Below, piece by piece: positions 34,612-44,201 of a stretch of 54,565 nt of DNA (positions are counted from its first letter, which is position 1; each line of letters starts with the position of its first letter). The notes beneath the pieces were generated by a model. The model was not told where the DNA came from and made no database searches. It worked only from the letters and a program-made list of their open reading frames with translations. Made by a program: the position numbers and the translations under genes. The stretch covers positions 1 to 54,565 of the forward strand of contig CAMVBZ010000002.1 in assembly GCA_947165815.1 (NCBI GenBank), given 5' to 3'. The stretch is from an uncultured Clostridia bacterium. GTDB lineage: Bacteria > Bacillota > Clostridia > Christensenellales > CAG-917.

Positions 34612-35331
34612 CTAATCCTCATCATCCTCGTCTTCATCTTCAAAGTCTTCGTCTTCGTCTAAATCTTCAAGATCATCTTCAGCATCTTCTTTTTTAGACT
34701 TAGCTTTAGATTTTTTAGGCATTTTACTTCTAGAAACTTTAACAGCGTCTTCTGGATCTTTAAAGATTTCCATACCTTTAAAAGGTTCTAGACTTGCCAT
34801 AGTTAATTCTGTTAATTCAGAGAACCCCCAGAATCCAGTTTTAGTACCTTTGGCTTTTAGGTTTGGGTCTAAAATTAAATCACTATGTTGATAGCGGTTT
34901 AAAGTATCCACAGAACCTAATCCACAGATATAAACTATTTCGTTTCTAGATGGATGACAGATACAAATAACTTGTGGATATTTGTTGACTTTAGGAATGA
35001 TTGGAAAATGTCCAAAGTCTACGGTTTTTACACCGACACCATACCCAGGAATGTCAGGGTAATCAAAATCGATTGATACACCGACATCTGGGTTGATGAT
35101 TTGCATTTTTAAGAACTTACCGACTGCTGCTTCACCTTTTAATCCGTTAATATAACGTTTAACGACTGAAGCACCATCTCTCTTGTAAGCTGTTTCACTT
35201 AACTTGCTTCTAGCAATAGCTGTAGCAGTTTCTGTGATGTACTTTAGTTCTAATGGGTTTAGAACTACTTTTACGAATTTAGCTGCATAATTAGAAACAC
35301 GTTGTTGATATAAATCTTTAAGGTCTAACAT
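34612..35331 (-). CDS. Hypothetical protein with a polyacidic C-terminal tail (239 aa); tentative PD-(D/E)XK-like core
   Basis: GLKGEAAVGKFL...DFDYPDIPGYGVGVKTVDF is nuclease-fold-like but not canonical. The tail is EDAEDDLEDLDEDEDFEDEDEDDED. Confidence 0.7.
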   Translation of the reverse strand: MLDLKDLYQQRVSNYAAKFVKVVLNPLELKYITETATAIARSKLSETAYKRDGASVVKRYINGLKGEAAVGKFLKMQIINPDVGVSIDFDYPDIPGYGVGVKTVDFGHFPIIPKVNKYPQVICICHPSRNEIVYICGLGSVDTLNRYQHSDLILDPNLKAKGTKTGFWGFSELTELTMASLEPFKGMEIFKDPEDAVKVSRSKMPKKSKAKSKKEDAEDDLEDLDEDEDFEDEDEDDED

Positions 35332-35333
35332 AA

Positions 35334-36341
35334 TTACTTAATAGTAAATCTTGGCGATTCACTATCCTCACAATATTGTTCATAAAGATCTGGATGATCT
35401 TCTTTGAACTTGGCTTGGTTAAACCTATTGCTTTTAACTGTAGATGATTTAAGCTTATGTGCTGGATCATCTGGATAAAAGCCTTTGGTATACATATCAA
35501 AAATGATATTCTTTAAATCTGATTGTGTTTCTTCTGCTGCTTTAATCTTAATTGCATTAGCTAAATACTTATCGATGTATTTAGATAACTTTTCACTAGG
35601 TGTTGTAGGTTCTACCGCATTCTTAACTGCTTCAGTAACTTCCTCTTTATCGATGTCATAATCAAGCTTTGGAGGCATTTTCATTAACATTTGATGTTGA
35701 TAGAAGTCTTCACCTTTTGCAATCATTGTGAGAATGAACGCTTCATCACGTGGAATTTCAAAGTAATTCATTTCCCAGTTTTTATCGAACAAGGCACATA
35801 CAACAGCTTTTCTAGCACCTGTTACTAACATATAGAGTTGTACTTGTGCATAATAGCTCGGTGGAATACCATTGTATTCTGGTTTATTCCAGTTAACTTC
35901 TGCCCAAGGACTAACCCATTTAATTTCAATGATGACATTATCTTTATATGTACCACCTGATTTATAAGCGATACCATCAACATTGGCTCTAAAATATGGA
36001 TAATCAGAGTTTATAATCATAAAGTCTGGTTTTCCGACTTCATAGCCTAATGTTTTAAGGTATGGTCTAACATAATTTTCTAGAATAACAGGTTCTAGAT
36101 CTTTACCTTTCTTAACGAAAGCGTTGTCAGACATATCTTCTTTAAAGTTTTCAACTTTTTGTTTATAAACTTTTAATGGAGAACTATGTTGATTAAGGCC
36201 CATAATGGCACCAATGTCACTACCACCGATACCTTTTTTCCTTAATTCTAACCAGTCTGCTTCATTTTCAAAGGTTAAAACAGACAAATTTAAATTATCT
36301 TGTAAGTTAAATAGAGCTAAAAGCTCAAATGTATTAAGCAT
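35334..36341 (-). CDS. YqaJ-like (lambda Exo-type PD-(D/E)XK) recombination exonuclease
   Basis: LRKKGIGGSDIGAIMGLNQHSSPLKVYKQK is the N-terminal signature. Catalytic-core-like DGIAYK...IIEIKW. Confidence 0.85.
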   Translation of the reverse strand: MLNTFELLALFNLQDNLNLSVLTFENEADWLELRKKGIGGSDIGAIMGLNQHSSPLKVYKQKVENFKEDMSDNAFVKKGKDLEPVILENYVRPYLKTLGYEVGKPDFMIINSDYPYFRANVDGIAYKSGGTYKDNVIIEIKWVSPWAEVNWNKPEYNGIPPSYYAQVQLYMLVTGARKAVVCALFDKNWEMNYFEIPRDEAFILTMIAKGEDFYQHQMLMKMPPKLDYDIDKEEVTEAVKNAVEPTTPSEKLSKYIDKYLANAIKIKAAEETQSDLKNIIFDMYTKGFYPDDPAHKLKSSTVKSNRFNQAKFKEDHPDLYEQYCEDSESPRFTIK

Positions 36342-36354
36342 ACTGATTATCCTC

Positions 36355-36462
36355 CTATTTGCCTATCCAAAATCCAAAAAATGCTGTTTCACCTTTTTTT
36401 GGAGTTTTCTTTTCTTTTTGTTCTTTTAATTGCTTCTTTTTAGCAGTTTTACGATTTGCCAT
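36355..36462 (-). CDS. Micro-ORF, 35 aa, very basic (MANRKTAKKKQLKEQKEKKTPKKGETAFFGFWIGK)
   Basis: Hand translation. It fills the only gap between the resolvase and exonuclease genes. Starts inside the resolvase 3' end, with AAAGGAA upstream. Confidence 0.35.
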   Translation of the reverse strand: MANRKTAKKKQLKEQKEKKTPKKGETAFFGFWIGK

Positions 36463-36991
36463 GTGGATTCCTTTCTGTTTTGTATTTAATGAAGTATAGA
36501 AGGTGCTTTAGAGCATCTCTAATGTGGTCGTTGATTTGCTTACCATTTAGATAATATCGGCCATTACTACGTTTTTCAAAATTTGGAATATAGGATGGTA
36601 AGGCTTCGTCTTTGAAACGGGACTTGGCTTGGGTTGGAGTTTGTAAAACGTAGTCAACTCCGATATTAGATTCTAAATAATATTCTAAAGCACCTATCAT
36701 TTGGATTGTTTCTGGCATTTTTCCCATTAAAAAACCTTGTGTTCTAATCATAAAGCTTTCAATGATTACCTTAGTATCTAGATTTGTTCTTGGTTCAGGA
36801 TCTATATAAAAAGTATGTAATCTAACTGTATTCATTACATCTGCCCAGTATTGTGTCCTGGAGTCATAATCTTTAGCAGCTAAACTAATGTGTTTTAATG
36901 TGCTCCAGTCATTATCTTTAATAATGACAATGCCTGTGTGTCCTTTACCTTCATTAAAACTGCCTGAAGGGTCTATAAAAATGTATTTCAT
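36449..36991 (-). CDS. RuvC-like Holliday-junction resolvase
   Basis: The N-terminus MKYIFIDPSGSFNEGKGHTGIVII matches the RuvC-fold first-strand Asp motif. ATG 36991 overlaps the upstream stop (ATGA). Confidence 0.55.
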   Translation of the reverse strand: MKYIFIDPSGSFNEGKGHTGIVIIKDNDWSTLKHISLAAKDYDSRTQYWADVMNTVRLHTFYIDPEPRTNLDTKVIIESFMIRTQGFLMGKMPETIQMIGALEYYLESNIGVDYVLQTPTQAKSRFKDEALPSYIPNFEKRSNGRYYLNGKQINDHIRDALKHLLYFIKYKTERNPHGKS

Positions 36992-37446
36992 AATACTAAC
37001 CACCTTTCTAGAGTTTCATCTGAGATGTTAACAAATCCTTTAACTTTATTTAGTTCATTAGGATTTTCATTTAGGATTTTACTACACGTAAATATTCTAC
37101 GTTTAGATATCCAAGTAGCTTCACCAAGAACTACACCAGCTTTAATTCTTTTTGAAGTATTATTACTTGCTTTTACTGAAATAATATCTTCTTTAGAAAT
37201 ATTATAAGCCTTAAACTTTGTAGTTAATGGGATAACTAACATTTTTTCTTGGGAAGGAACAGAATTTCTGAGACAGATAGCCAGATGTCTACCTGAAAAC
37301 TCTGTTCCTGGATTCATTCCGAAGTCTACCTCATAAATTTCACCTACTCTAGTAATAAATCTTGGAGAAGTTGGCGTGTTTAGATAAATTTTTAAACGTC
37401 TGAACCACGCTTCAATAGAGTTTTCTCTTTTTTCTTTAGGAGTCAT
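36988..37446 (-). CDS. MazF/PemK-like toxin-fold protein (152 aa)
   Basis: RVGEIYEVDFGMNPGTEFSGRHLAICLRN...KMLVIPLTTK follows the MazF/PemK pattern G-[DE]-[IV]-[YW]-x-[VA]-[DF]...G-x-E-x-x-G-x-R-[PH]...[VI]-P-[LI]-T. It has a 34-aa N-terminal extension. Confidence 0.5.
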   Translation of the reverse strand: MTPKEKRENSIEAWFRRLKIYLNTPTSPRFITRVGEIYEVDFGMNPGTEFSGRHLAICLRNSVPSQEKMLVIPLTTKFKAYNISKEDIISVKASNNTSKRIKAGVVLGEATWISKRRIFTCSKILNENPNELNKVKGFVNISDETLERWLVL

Positions 37447-37447
37447 A

Positions 37448-39550
37448 CTATGCTCCTTTCTTCTCTGCCCAGTTTGTATTACTGGTTGAAATTTCAGCGA
37501 CTAACGGAACAAATGTTTTGACTGTTGTTTCCATAATCTTCTTAATCATGTAAATTACATCGTGTTCACCTTCGGCAACACATATGCAAAGTTCATCGTG
37601 GATGCATCCTTGTAAGCGTGTTTTGTATTTATTACTTCTAAGGAAATCATCTACTCTGATAATAACTAGCTTAATGATGTCTGCTGCAGAGCCTTGGATT
37701 AAATAATTATTTAATTTATAGATACCTTTGGTATCGTCTAAATAATATCTACGTCCTAATAAATTAGTGACATACCCATTGTTTTTAACCCAGTTGTGAG
37801 CTACCCAGTTACTATATGTCTTAACGTCTTTGAATTTAGATTTAAAGCCGTTATAGAGTTTAGCAACGATATTAGGATCACAGTCTGCTAAGATCTCTTG
37901 GATTTTTCGTAAACTTGAACCATAGATTAATGCGAAATTAACGCGTTTACCAATGCTTCTCATTTTCTTAAATTCATCACTATGTACATCTAGGTCTGGG
38001 AATGCTTCTTTAGTTGATTGTGTATGCAAGTCTACACCTTGCCAATCTTCTAAATCATCATCGTGGATATATTTACCATTTAACAAATGACATTTGAATG
38101 GCATATATGCTCTAAGCATATTTATGTCGCCTGTACCCTTAGTAGCATAATAGGTATATTCAGCTTGTAAACGAAGTTCAACTTGTGAATAGTCTATAAA
38201 TGCCATTTCAGGATATTCAGGGTCTGTAATGAACATCTTCCTTGGATGGAAAAGTTCAAAATTTCCTAAGTGTGACATAATTGGATTCTTTGGAAATTGC
38301 TGGAAATTTGACGTAAATCGTCCAGAAATAGCTCCGTTTGGATTATACTGTGTGTAGACTTTAGTATCTTTTGTTGCATTTAACTTGTTAAGCATTGAAT
38401 TGACATACGTTGCCATCCATTTATAGAGTGTTCTTAAATAGATTACGTTGTTAAGATATTCCTTAACTACATCTGGCATTGTAGGGTCTGTTGCAATGTA
38501 AATCGATATTTGATTTTTGTCTGTAGACTTTAAATCATACCCAAATTTTCTTAATAACATTTCTTTAATGGCTTGGTGTTGGTTAGGAGAAATGCTTTCT
38601 CCACATAACTTTTCATTTGTCGCCTTAATTGTGTTAATTTCAAAAATAAGGGCTTGTTTACATTTGATAAGATACTTTTTATCTACTGTATAACCGGTAC
38701 GTTCCATACGGACTAGAGGCATAATTAAACGCTGCTCCCTTTTTAAGGTTACAAGTTGTTTTCTTTCAATTACGACTGGAAGCAATTTTCTTGCTAATTC
38801 TAAAATTAGAATAACATCAACAGCTCCATATTTGTGCATAAGCTCTTTAGGAACATCTGCGTATGTGATACGACTTGTTAATAACCAGGCTGCCCAAATG
38901 TTTTGGACATCTTCTGGAAATTCTTCTAAAGTACTCGTAACGTCTTTAAGCGTTTCAACAATTACGCGTCTAGAAATTCCGTATGGTTTTAATCTACGTG
39001 CTAAATCTTTTAATTTAGCGTCCCAAATTGCTTTCAAAGCTTCATCTATTTGGTGTCCTGCTTCTGCATATTCTTTACCTAGCAATCTACGTGCTAAAGG
39101 TTTTAATGCAATAGGCATACCACCTTCACGTTCGGACTTTGCTTCTAGAGCTAATCTACTGATTGCCATTTGGTCACATGCATTAGGAGTATGCCAAACA
39201 TATCCAATGTTACAAAGCATATTTATATCAAACTTGATATTTTGAGCGATTGCAAGCTTACTACGTTTGACTAAATCATCAAAACAAGTAAAAATTGCAT
39301 CTGCATCGTTAAAATCTCTAAAGTCGATAACATAAATGCTGTGGTTGTATCCAAATTGTAATAAAAATGGTAAATCGTGTTTGATATTAATTGTGTCTGC
39401 ATCTTTTTGTGTCATATCTATTTTGGAATTTGTTTCTGTATCAAATCCAAAAATAGTAATAACTGCAGGAGCAGCCTTTAAAGCTGCTTCGCAGTCCTCT
39501 TTAGATTCAATTAAATTAATATCATAACCTAACAATTTACCTGTTTTCAT
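37448..39550 (-). CDS. Family A DNA polymerase with a 3'-5' exonuclease domain
   Basis: Exo I FGFDTETN, motif A DYSQVELR, motif B RSIGKRVNFALIYG, motif C CIHDEL. Confidence 0.9.
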   Translation of the reverse strand: MKTGKLLGYDINLIESKEDCEAALKAAPAVITIFGFDTETNSKIDMTQKDADTINIKHDLPFLLQFGYNHSIYVIDFRDFNDADAIFTCFDDLVKRSKLAIAQNIKFDINMLCNIGYVWHTPNACDQMAISRLALEAKSEREGGMPIALKPLARRLLGKEYAEAGHQIDEALKAIWDAKLKDLARRLKPYGISRRVIVETLKDVTSTLEEFPEDVQNIWAAWLLTSRITYADVPKELMHKYGAVDVILILELARKLLPVVIERKQLVTLKREQRLIMPLVRMERTGYTVDKKYLIKCKQALIFEINTIKATNEKLCGESISPNQHQAIKEMLLRKFGYDLKSTDKNQISIYIATDPTMPDVVKEYLNNVIYLRTLYKWMATYVNSMLNKLNATKDTKVYTQYNPNGAISGRFTSNFQQFPKNPIMSHLGNFELFHPRKMFITDPEYPEMAFIDYSQVELRLQAEYTYYATKGTGDINMLRAYMPFKCHLLNGKYIHDDDLEDWQGVDLHTQSTKEAFPDLDVHSDEFKKMRSIGKRVNFALIYGSSLRKIQEILADCDPNIVAKLYNGFKSKFKDVKTYSNWVAHNWVKNNGYVTNLLGRRYYLDDTKGIYKLNNYLIQGSAADIIKLVIIRVDDFLRSNKYKTRLQGCIHDELCICVAEGEHDVIYMIKKIMETTVKTFVPLVAEISTSNTNWAEKKGA

Positions 39551-42363
39551 ACTGAAACACCTTCGGATGCTAAAGCTTCTTTAGCTTTCTTAATTCCTAT
39601 AATCAATTTTGGATTACAGAAAATCTTATCTCTTGTTAATGTGACTAAGTGATTCTTTGAGAGTTCTTGAATAACTCCATTGAAAATACTTTGATCCACA
39701 CCTGAGATAGTAAATAGTGTGTTTTTAGCTATGTTATTGTTATTTTCAAGATATTCCATTAAAACAGGGAATCTCTTAATTTTTTCTTTAATGAAATTGA
39801 CATCACCTAATTCACAGGTTAATGTTTTACGTTCTTCGTCAACAAATTCTTTAAGTTTGAAAATGTTGTTGTTGTAGATACTTTCTAAAAGTTTCACAGC
39901 TAAATCAACATGTTCTTTCTTAACGATGATTTGTGTGTAGTCTAGGTTCGTAGATACCATATAACCCGCGATAGCAATAGAAAGTCTGGCTAACTTTTTC
40001 CAAGTTTCAGTAGAGAAGATTTTAACACTACATAAGTATTTGGCATTGAGCTTTTTAGCTTCATCAACAATGTACTTTGTAACAGGATCTGTAATGATGA
40101 TTTGGTCTGTTTTTCTACTCCAAATCCAGCGGATTCTGGTTTGTAAATCTTCCACTGAAAAACCTGGTTTTGGTGTCCAGAGTGGGTCAATTTCGTTTGG
40201 GCCTTCACCCAAGATATAAATAAAGTCAAATCTTGCAATGTCCTCAACAGCTGGTATAAGAGGTTTAACGATTTCAATGCCGTTAGGATATGCTATAATT
40301 GGTCTAACTACACCTTCTTCTGTTGTCTTAGGATTTGTTAAAAAGAGAATACGCACACTAGCAGGTAACGTTAAGTCACCAGTACTCCTATTAATTCTAA
40401 CTAATCCTGAGGAACGTACGTCTGTAAGTTCTGGAATAAGGGTATATTTAGCTTTTGCCAATTCTTCAAAGATAATGGCTCTATTATGTTGTCGTGGGAT
40501 TAAACCTGGACGAATCTGGCTAGTACCGCTGCCTGCTTTAACTGAACCACCGATTAAACCTGCTGGAGTTGCTGCACTACCTGCAAGAGATGCAATAGCA
40601 CCTAATCCATAGATTTTAGATAGTTCTTGTGCAGTTGTGGATTTACCTACACGAGATTCTGTAACAATGAGGCCATCTAAATAGCCTCTAATGTCTTTAA
40701 AGAAACCAAAGTTAAAGGCTTTTGGTGTATGATACCAAAGGTCAATAAACTCAAGAAGACGTGTATCTACATTAAACTTAACGTAATACTTTTGACGTTC
40801 TGCTAATTCTTTGAACTTAAGCCCTTGGAAGTGCTTTAAACGTTCAATGTTAGTAGCGTTAACTTCAAAAGCTGTAACAACGTCATTACTTTCTTTAACT
40901 TCTAAAACGATAAGAACTTGTTGTTGGCCTTTATAAGGATGTGGAACAACTTTATAAATGATTTGGTAATTCTTACCAGCTTCAAGTTTAACATCTGTAT
41001 AGCAGATAAATTCTGTACGTTTGATATTGTCTTTAATTAAGACAGATTCTGTGCAGTCTGCTACGGATGCTTTAAAGATAGTCTTTGGATTAGACAATGT
41101 TACTTTAACATTTTCTTCTAATCCCCAGCCTAAAAGTTGTTTCATATTGTCCTTAATTTGAGGTTCTTTCAAGTTATTGTCTGTTAAGACTAAAATATCT
41201 TCAAAGTTATGTTTATTTAATGACCAGTATTCCGTATCGCCTTTACTTTTGGCGTTCTTATCTTTATTACCGCCTTGCTCAACTTTAGTAAGCATAGCAT
41301 ATGCTGGCACAGAATATTGTTCTTCAAAGGTTGCCATAACTTGAACGTTACTACGAACAATCTTACCAAGATATGTTGTAGAGGCTTCGTTTAAGGAAAC
41401 TTCTGGATAGTTATTTTTAATGAAAGCTTCTTGGGCATTGTTGTCAAATGGTTTAGCTTTGACAAGCATTTCTTCAAATTTTTCTTTAGGATAACCATAC
41501 TTAACAAAGAAGTCTGTAATGTCTTCTTTATTTTCAGTACAATATTCACTAATGTCTGCAATGTAAACTTCTTTAGTGACAGAATATAAAGCATTAGCTA
41601 ACTTTGTAGCACCTGCTTTACCTGCGTTATCGTTGTCATAAACGATATAAACTTTACGATCCTTGAATGTTTCAAGAAAGATATGTGGAATGTTATTACA
41701 ACCACCTAATGAAATGGCATTAAAACCATGCATTCTGGCAAATAACATATCTTTTTCACCTTCACAGATAATAGTATCTGACATGTCGTCACACCATAAA
41801 TGGTATGGAAGGATAAGTCCAGCTGGTACACCTACGTCTGATTTAGACTTTGGCATAACACCTTTTTCCATAGTATAAGCTCTATGGTCAATTACTCTAT
41901 TTTTCACAATGACTGGGAATACCAGACGTGTTGAGATTTCGTTTGGTTTAATTGTCACCATTCCAGAAGCATCTGTATCAGAATAAACTTCTAAACCGAC
42001 TTTACATTCATCTAATAGTTCTGCTGGGATTCCTAAATGTCTTAATTCAAGGTATGTATAATTTGTTGTATATGCTCCGCCATTTCTAGCGAATTGCTCG
42101 TAATCATCTACTGAGTCTGATTTAAGCAATAAATCTTTAAACTGACTGACTTGATCTCTACCGATTCCATAATACTGAATACAGAAATCATTTTCTGTAC
42201 CGTGGCTACCACAGCCGAAGCAGTGGTAGATTTTTTCCACGGTATTAATTTGCATTGATGGATTTATATCATGATGAAATGGGCAACAGACAGAGTTTTC
42301 ACCCATTACTAAGTCCGGAAAGACTAAATCAAATACAGTCAAACCTGAACCGTATTCTTTCAT
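39547..42363 (-). CDS. DnaG-type primase (zinc finger plus Toprim) fused to a P-loop helicase
   Basis: CCPFHHDINPSMQIN...YHCFGCGSHG zinc finger. Toprim ICEGEKD and VYDNDNAGKAG. Walker A ESRVGKST and Walker B-like IIFEEL in the C-terminal half. Confidence 0.85.
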   Translation of the reverse strand: MKEYGSGLTVFDLVFPDLVMGENSVCCPFHHDINPSMQINTVEKIYHCFGCGSHGTENDFCIQYYGIGRDQVSQFKDLLLKSDSVDDYEQFARNGGAYTTNYTYLELRHLGIPAELLDECKVGLEVYSDTDASGMVTIKPNEISTRLVFPVIVKNRVIDHRAYTMEKGVMPKSKSDVGVPAGLILPYHLWCDDMSDTIICEGEKDMLFARMHGFNAISLGGCNNIPHIFLETFKDRKVYIVYDNDNAGKAGATKLANALYSVTKEVYIADISEYCTENKEDITDFFVKYGYPKEKFEEMLVKAKPFDNNAQEAFIKNNYPEVSLNEASTTYLGKIVRSNVQVMATFEEQYSVPAYAMLTKVEQGGNKDKNAKSKGDTEYWSLNKHNFEDILVLTDNNLKEPQIKDNMKQLLGWGLEENVKVTLSNPKTIFKASVADCTESVLIKDNIKRTEFICYTDVKLEAGKNYQIIYKVVPHPYKGQQQVLIVLEVKESNDVVTAFEVNATNIERLKHFQGLKFKELAERQKYYVKFNVDTRLLEFIDLWYHTPKAFNFGFFKDIRGYLDGLIVTESRVGKSTTAQELSKIYGLGAIASLAGSAATPAGLIGGSVKAGSGTSQIRPGLIPRQHNRAIIFEELAKAKYTLIPELTDVRSSGLVRINRSTGDLTLPASVRILFLTNPKTTEEGVVRPIIAYPNGIEIVKPLIPAVEDIARFDFIYILGEGPNEIDPLWTPKPGFSVEDLQTRIRWIWSRKTDQIIITDPVTKYIVDEAKKLNAKYLCSVKIFSTETWKKLARLSIAIAGYMVSTNLDYTQIIVKKEHVDLAVKLLESIYNNNIFKLKEFVDEERKTLTCELGDVNFIKEKIKRFPVLMEYLENNNNIAKNTLFTISGVDQSIFNGVIQELSKNHLVTLTRDKIFCNPKLIIGIKKAKEALASEGVSV

Positions 42364-42374
42364 CTGACTACCTC

Positions 42375-42932
42375 CTAGAATGGATTGTCGTCATCTTCTG
42401 GAACTGGGCTTTCAATGTTTGATAAATCAACATCAAGTTCAGGTTCGTTTGCACCTACGTCTTCAGGAATGTTCATTTCTTCTTGAACTTTACCATCTAA
42501 CGTACCTGCTTTAACTTCAGGTTCGGTTGCAAAAGCTTCAGCAACTTCATCAATAGATGTTGTGCTGTCAGCTAATGGACTGAAACTTGTAACGTTGTTA
42601 TATTCGGTGCCTTGATAGGTTCTAGTACCCATATCAACCATGATAAATTTACCTTTGGCTGCGGCAAAACCGAATTTGTAAAGTTCTTCTTTTGTGTTAA
42701 ATTCACGATCGATATCGACTTTACAAGCCTTTAAGAAAGGCATTAACTTAAAGCTATACGCTTTTTCAGGAATGGTTTCCGTATGCACTCTCTTGGCATA
42801 AGGGCCTTCTGCGACTGTAAGTGTGACATTAATTGTGCTGCTACCTGGAGCAAACTTAATGTCTGTAACTTGCACTTTATATTTACCTAAAGGTAACAAG
42901 TTACTACATTCAGATTTGAAACTAAATGACAT
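42375..42932 (-). CDS. Single-stranded DNA-binding protein (phage DUF669-type)
   Basis: Lies directly downstream of the Sak4-like ATPase. The acidic tail ends in PVPEDDDNPF, the classic SSB C-terminal tip. Confidence 0.65.
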   Translation of the reverse strand: MSFSFKSECSNLLPLGKYKVQVTDIKFAPGSSTINVTLTVAEGPYAKRVHTETIPEKAYSFKLMPFLKACKVDIDREFNTKEELYKFGFAAAKGKFIMVDMGTRTYQGTEYNNVTSFSPLADSTTSIDEVAEAFATEPEVKAGTLDGKVQEEMNIPEDVGANEPELDVDLSNIESPVPEDDDNPF

Positions 42933-42947
42933 CTGTGTGTCCTCCTA

Positions 42948-43907
42948 TTACTGTAATACTTTGACAACCTGCATTAGGGTGTCGTACTTAAATTTTTTCA
43001 CATTTTCAGGAGTAAATTCAATCTTAAATTTTTCTTCAAGACGTTTCACAATTCCTGAATTGTGAGCTTTTGCATCAAGGATTTTTGAAATCAATGTTGC
43101 ACGTTTGCGTTGCTCAATTTCTTCTAAGGATAAACCTTCAGAAACAAGTTGAGCTAACATTTTTCCGTCTTCCACGGACAATGGACGTGTGGGGTTGTCC
43201 GAAGTTTCGCGAAGTTCTAAAAATCCGATACGATCCTTAACAACTTCAGCTTCGTGAGTGTCCTTATCGATAGATAACACAACATCAAATTCATAACGAA
43301 CGTCTGCTTGCATATCTTCTTTAAGACCTATTGCACGTGGTTGCTGTTTGCCATGACTATTAATTTCCAAAACATACTCTGTCTTAGCACGGAAACAAAG
43401 AATCATGTGGCATTGAGAGTTTGACATAAGGTTTTTAAGAATATTTTTCTTCTTAACAATCTCTTTCTCGCTCCAAGCACCATACAACTTCTTTTGAGTG
43501 CCTAACTCAACATCAAGTTCGGCTACTCTATCTAAAATGCCGTCAACTCCACTCCAGAATGCTGTATAACTATCAATCACAATGATTTTCTTGTGTTGAA
43601 CGTTAACTGCATAATTGACAAGTTCGGCAAGCTTATCAATATCAAAAGGTGGTTCAAAAGCATAAAGTTGTAAAGGCTCCAACACCTCGCCACCTATGTT
43701 TCTGCCTACAACTTTAGTTGAACTACGTCTTTCAGTGTCGATGTATAATCCGATGTCTGCAAGGTTTTCATCAGGATATAATTGCTCCTGAATACCTTTG
43801 GCAATCTTTAATGCAGAAACTGTCTTGCCAGCTCCTGATGGGCCATAGACTGCCACTGAAAGTTTTGACTGGGTTTTGTCCATTGGTTCAAATTCAAACG
43901 ATTCCAC
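42948..43907 (-). CDS. Sak4/AAA_24-like RecA-fold recombination ATPase
   Basis: Walker A GPSGAGKT, Walker B KKIIVIDSYTAFW. Typical phage pairing with the following SSB. Confidence 0.7.
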   Translation of the reverse strand: MESFEFEPMDKTQSKLSVAVYGPSGAGKTVSALKIAKGIQEQLYPDENLADIGLYIDTERRSSTKVVGRNIGGEVLEPLQLYAFEPPFDIDKLAELVNYAVNVQHKKIIVIDSYTAFWSGVDGILDRVAELDVELGTQKKLYGAWSEKEIVKKKNILKNLMSNSQCHMILCFRAKTEYVLEINSHGKQQPRAIGLKEDMQADVRYEFDVVLSIDKDTHEAEVVKDRIGFLELRETSDNPTRPLSVEDGKMLAQLVSEGLSLEEIEQRKRATLISKILDAKAHNSGIVKRLEEKFKIEFTPENVKKFKYDTLMQVVKVLQ

Positions 43908-43924
43908 AATGTATACCTCCTTTC

Positions 43925-44200
43925 TTAAAATGTTGATACACCTGGAATAATATCCTCAACAATGATTTGTATGTGAGAAATATGATATTCGGTACTTGAG
44001 TTATGATCTTCTGCAATTTTTTTAACAGCTTCTGCAGTTGTTAAATCAGATACCTTTATGGCATCATCAATATCGTTTGTTGTACTGGCACCACTACTAG
44101 AGATATTATAAACGTATCTACGTTTAGTTTCTCCTTTGCACCAAACAACATACGAATCTTTAAGAACTTTCTTTAGTTCTGATGGTGAATTGTCATCCAT
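43925..44200 (-). CDS. Hypothetical protein (91 aa)
   Basis: ORF track. Tightly packed between the SNF2 and Sak4 genes. Confidence 0.7.
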   Translation of the reverse strand: MDDNSPSELKKVLKDSYVVWCKGETKRRYVYNISSSGASTTNDIDDAIKVSDLTTAEAVKKIAEDHNSSTEYHISHIQIIVEDIIPGVSTF

Positions 44201-44201
44201 A

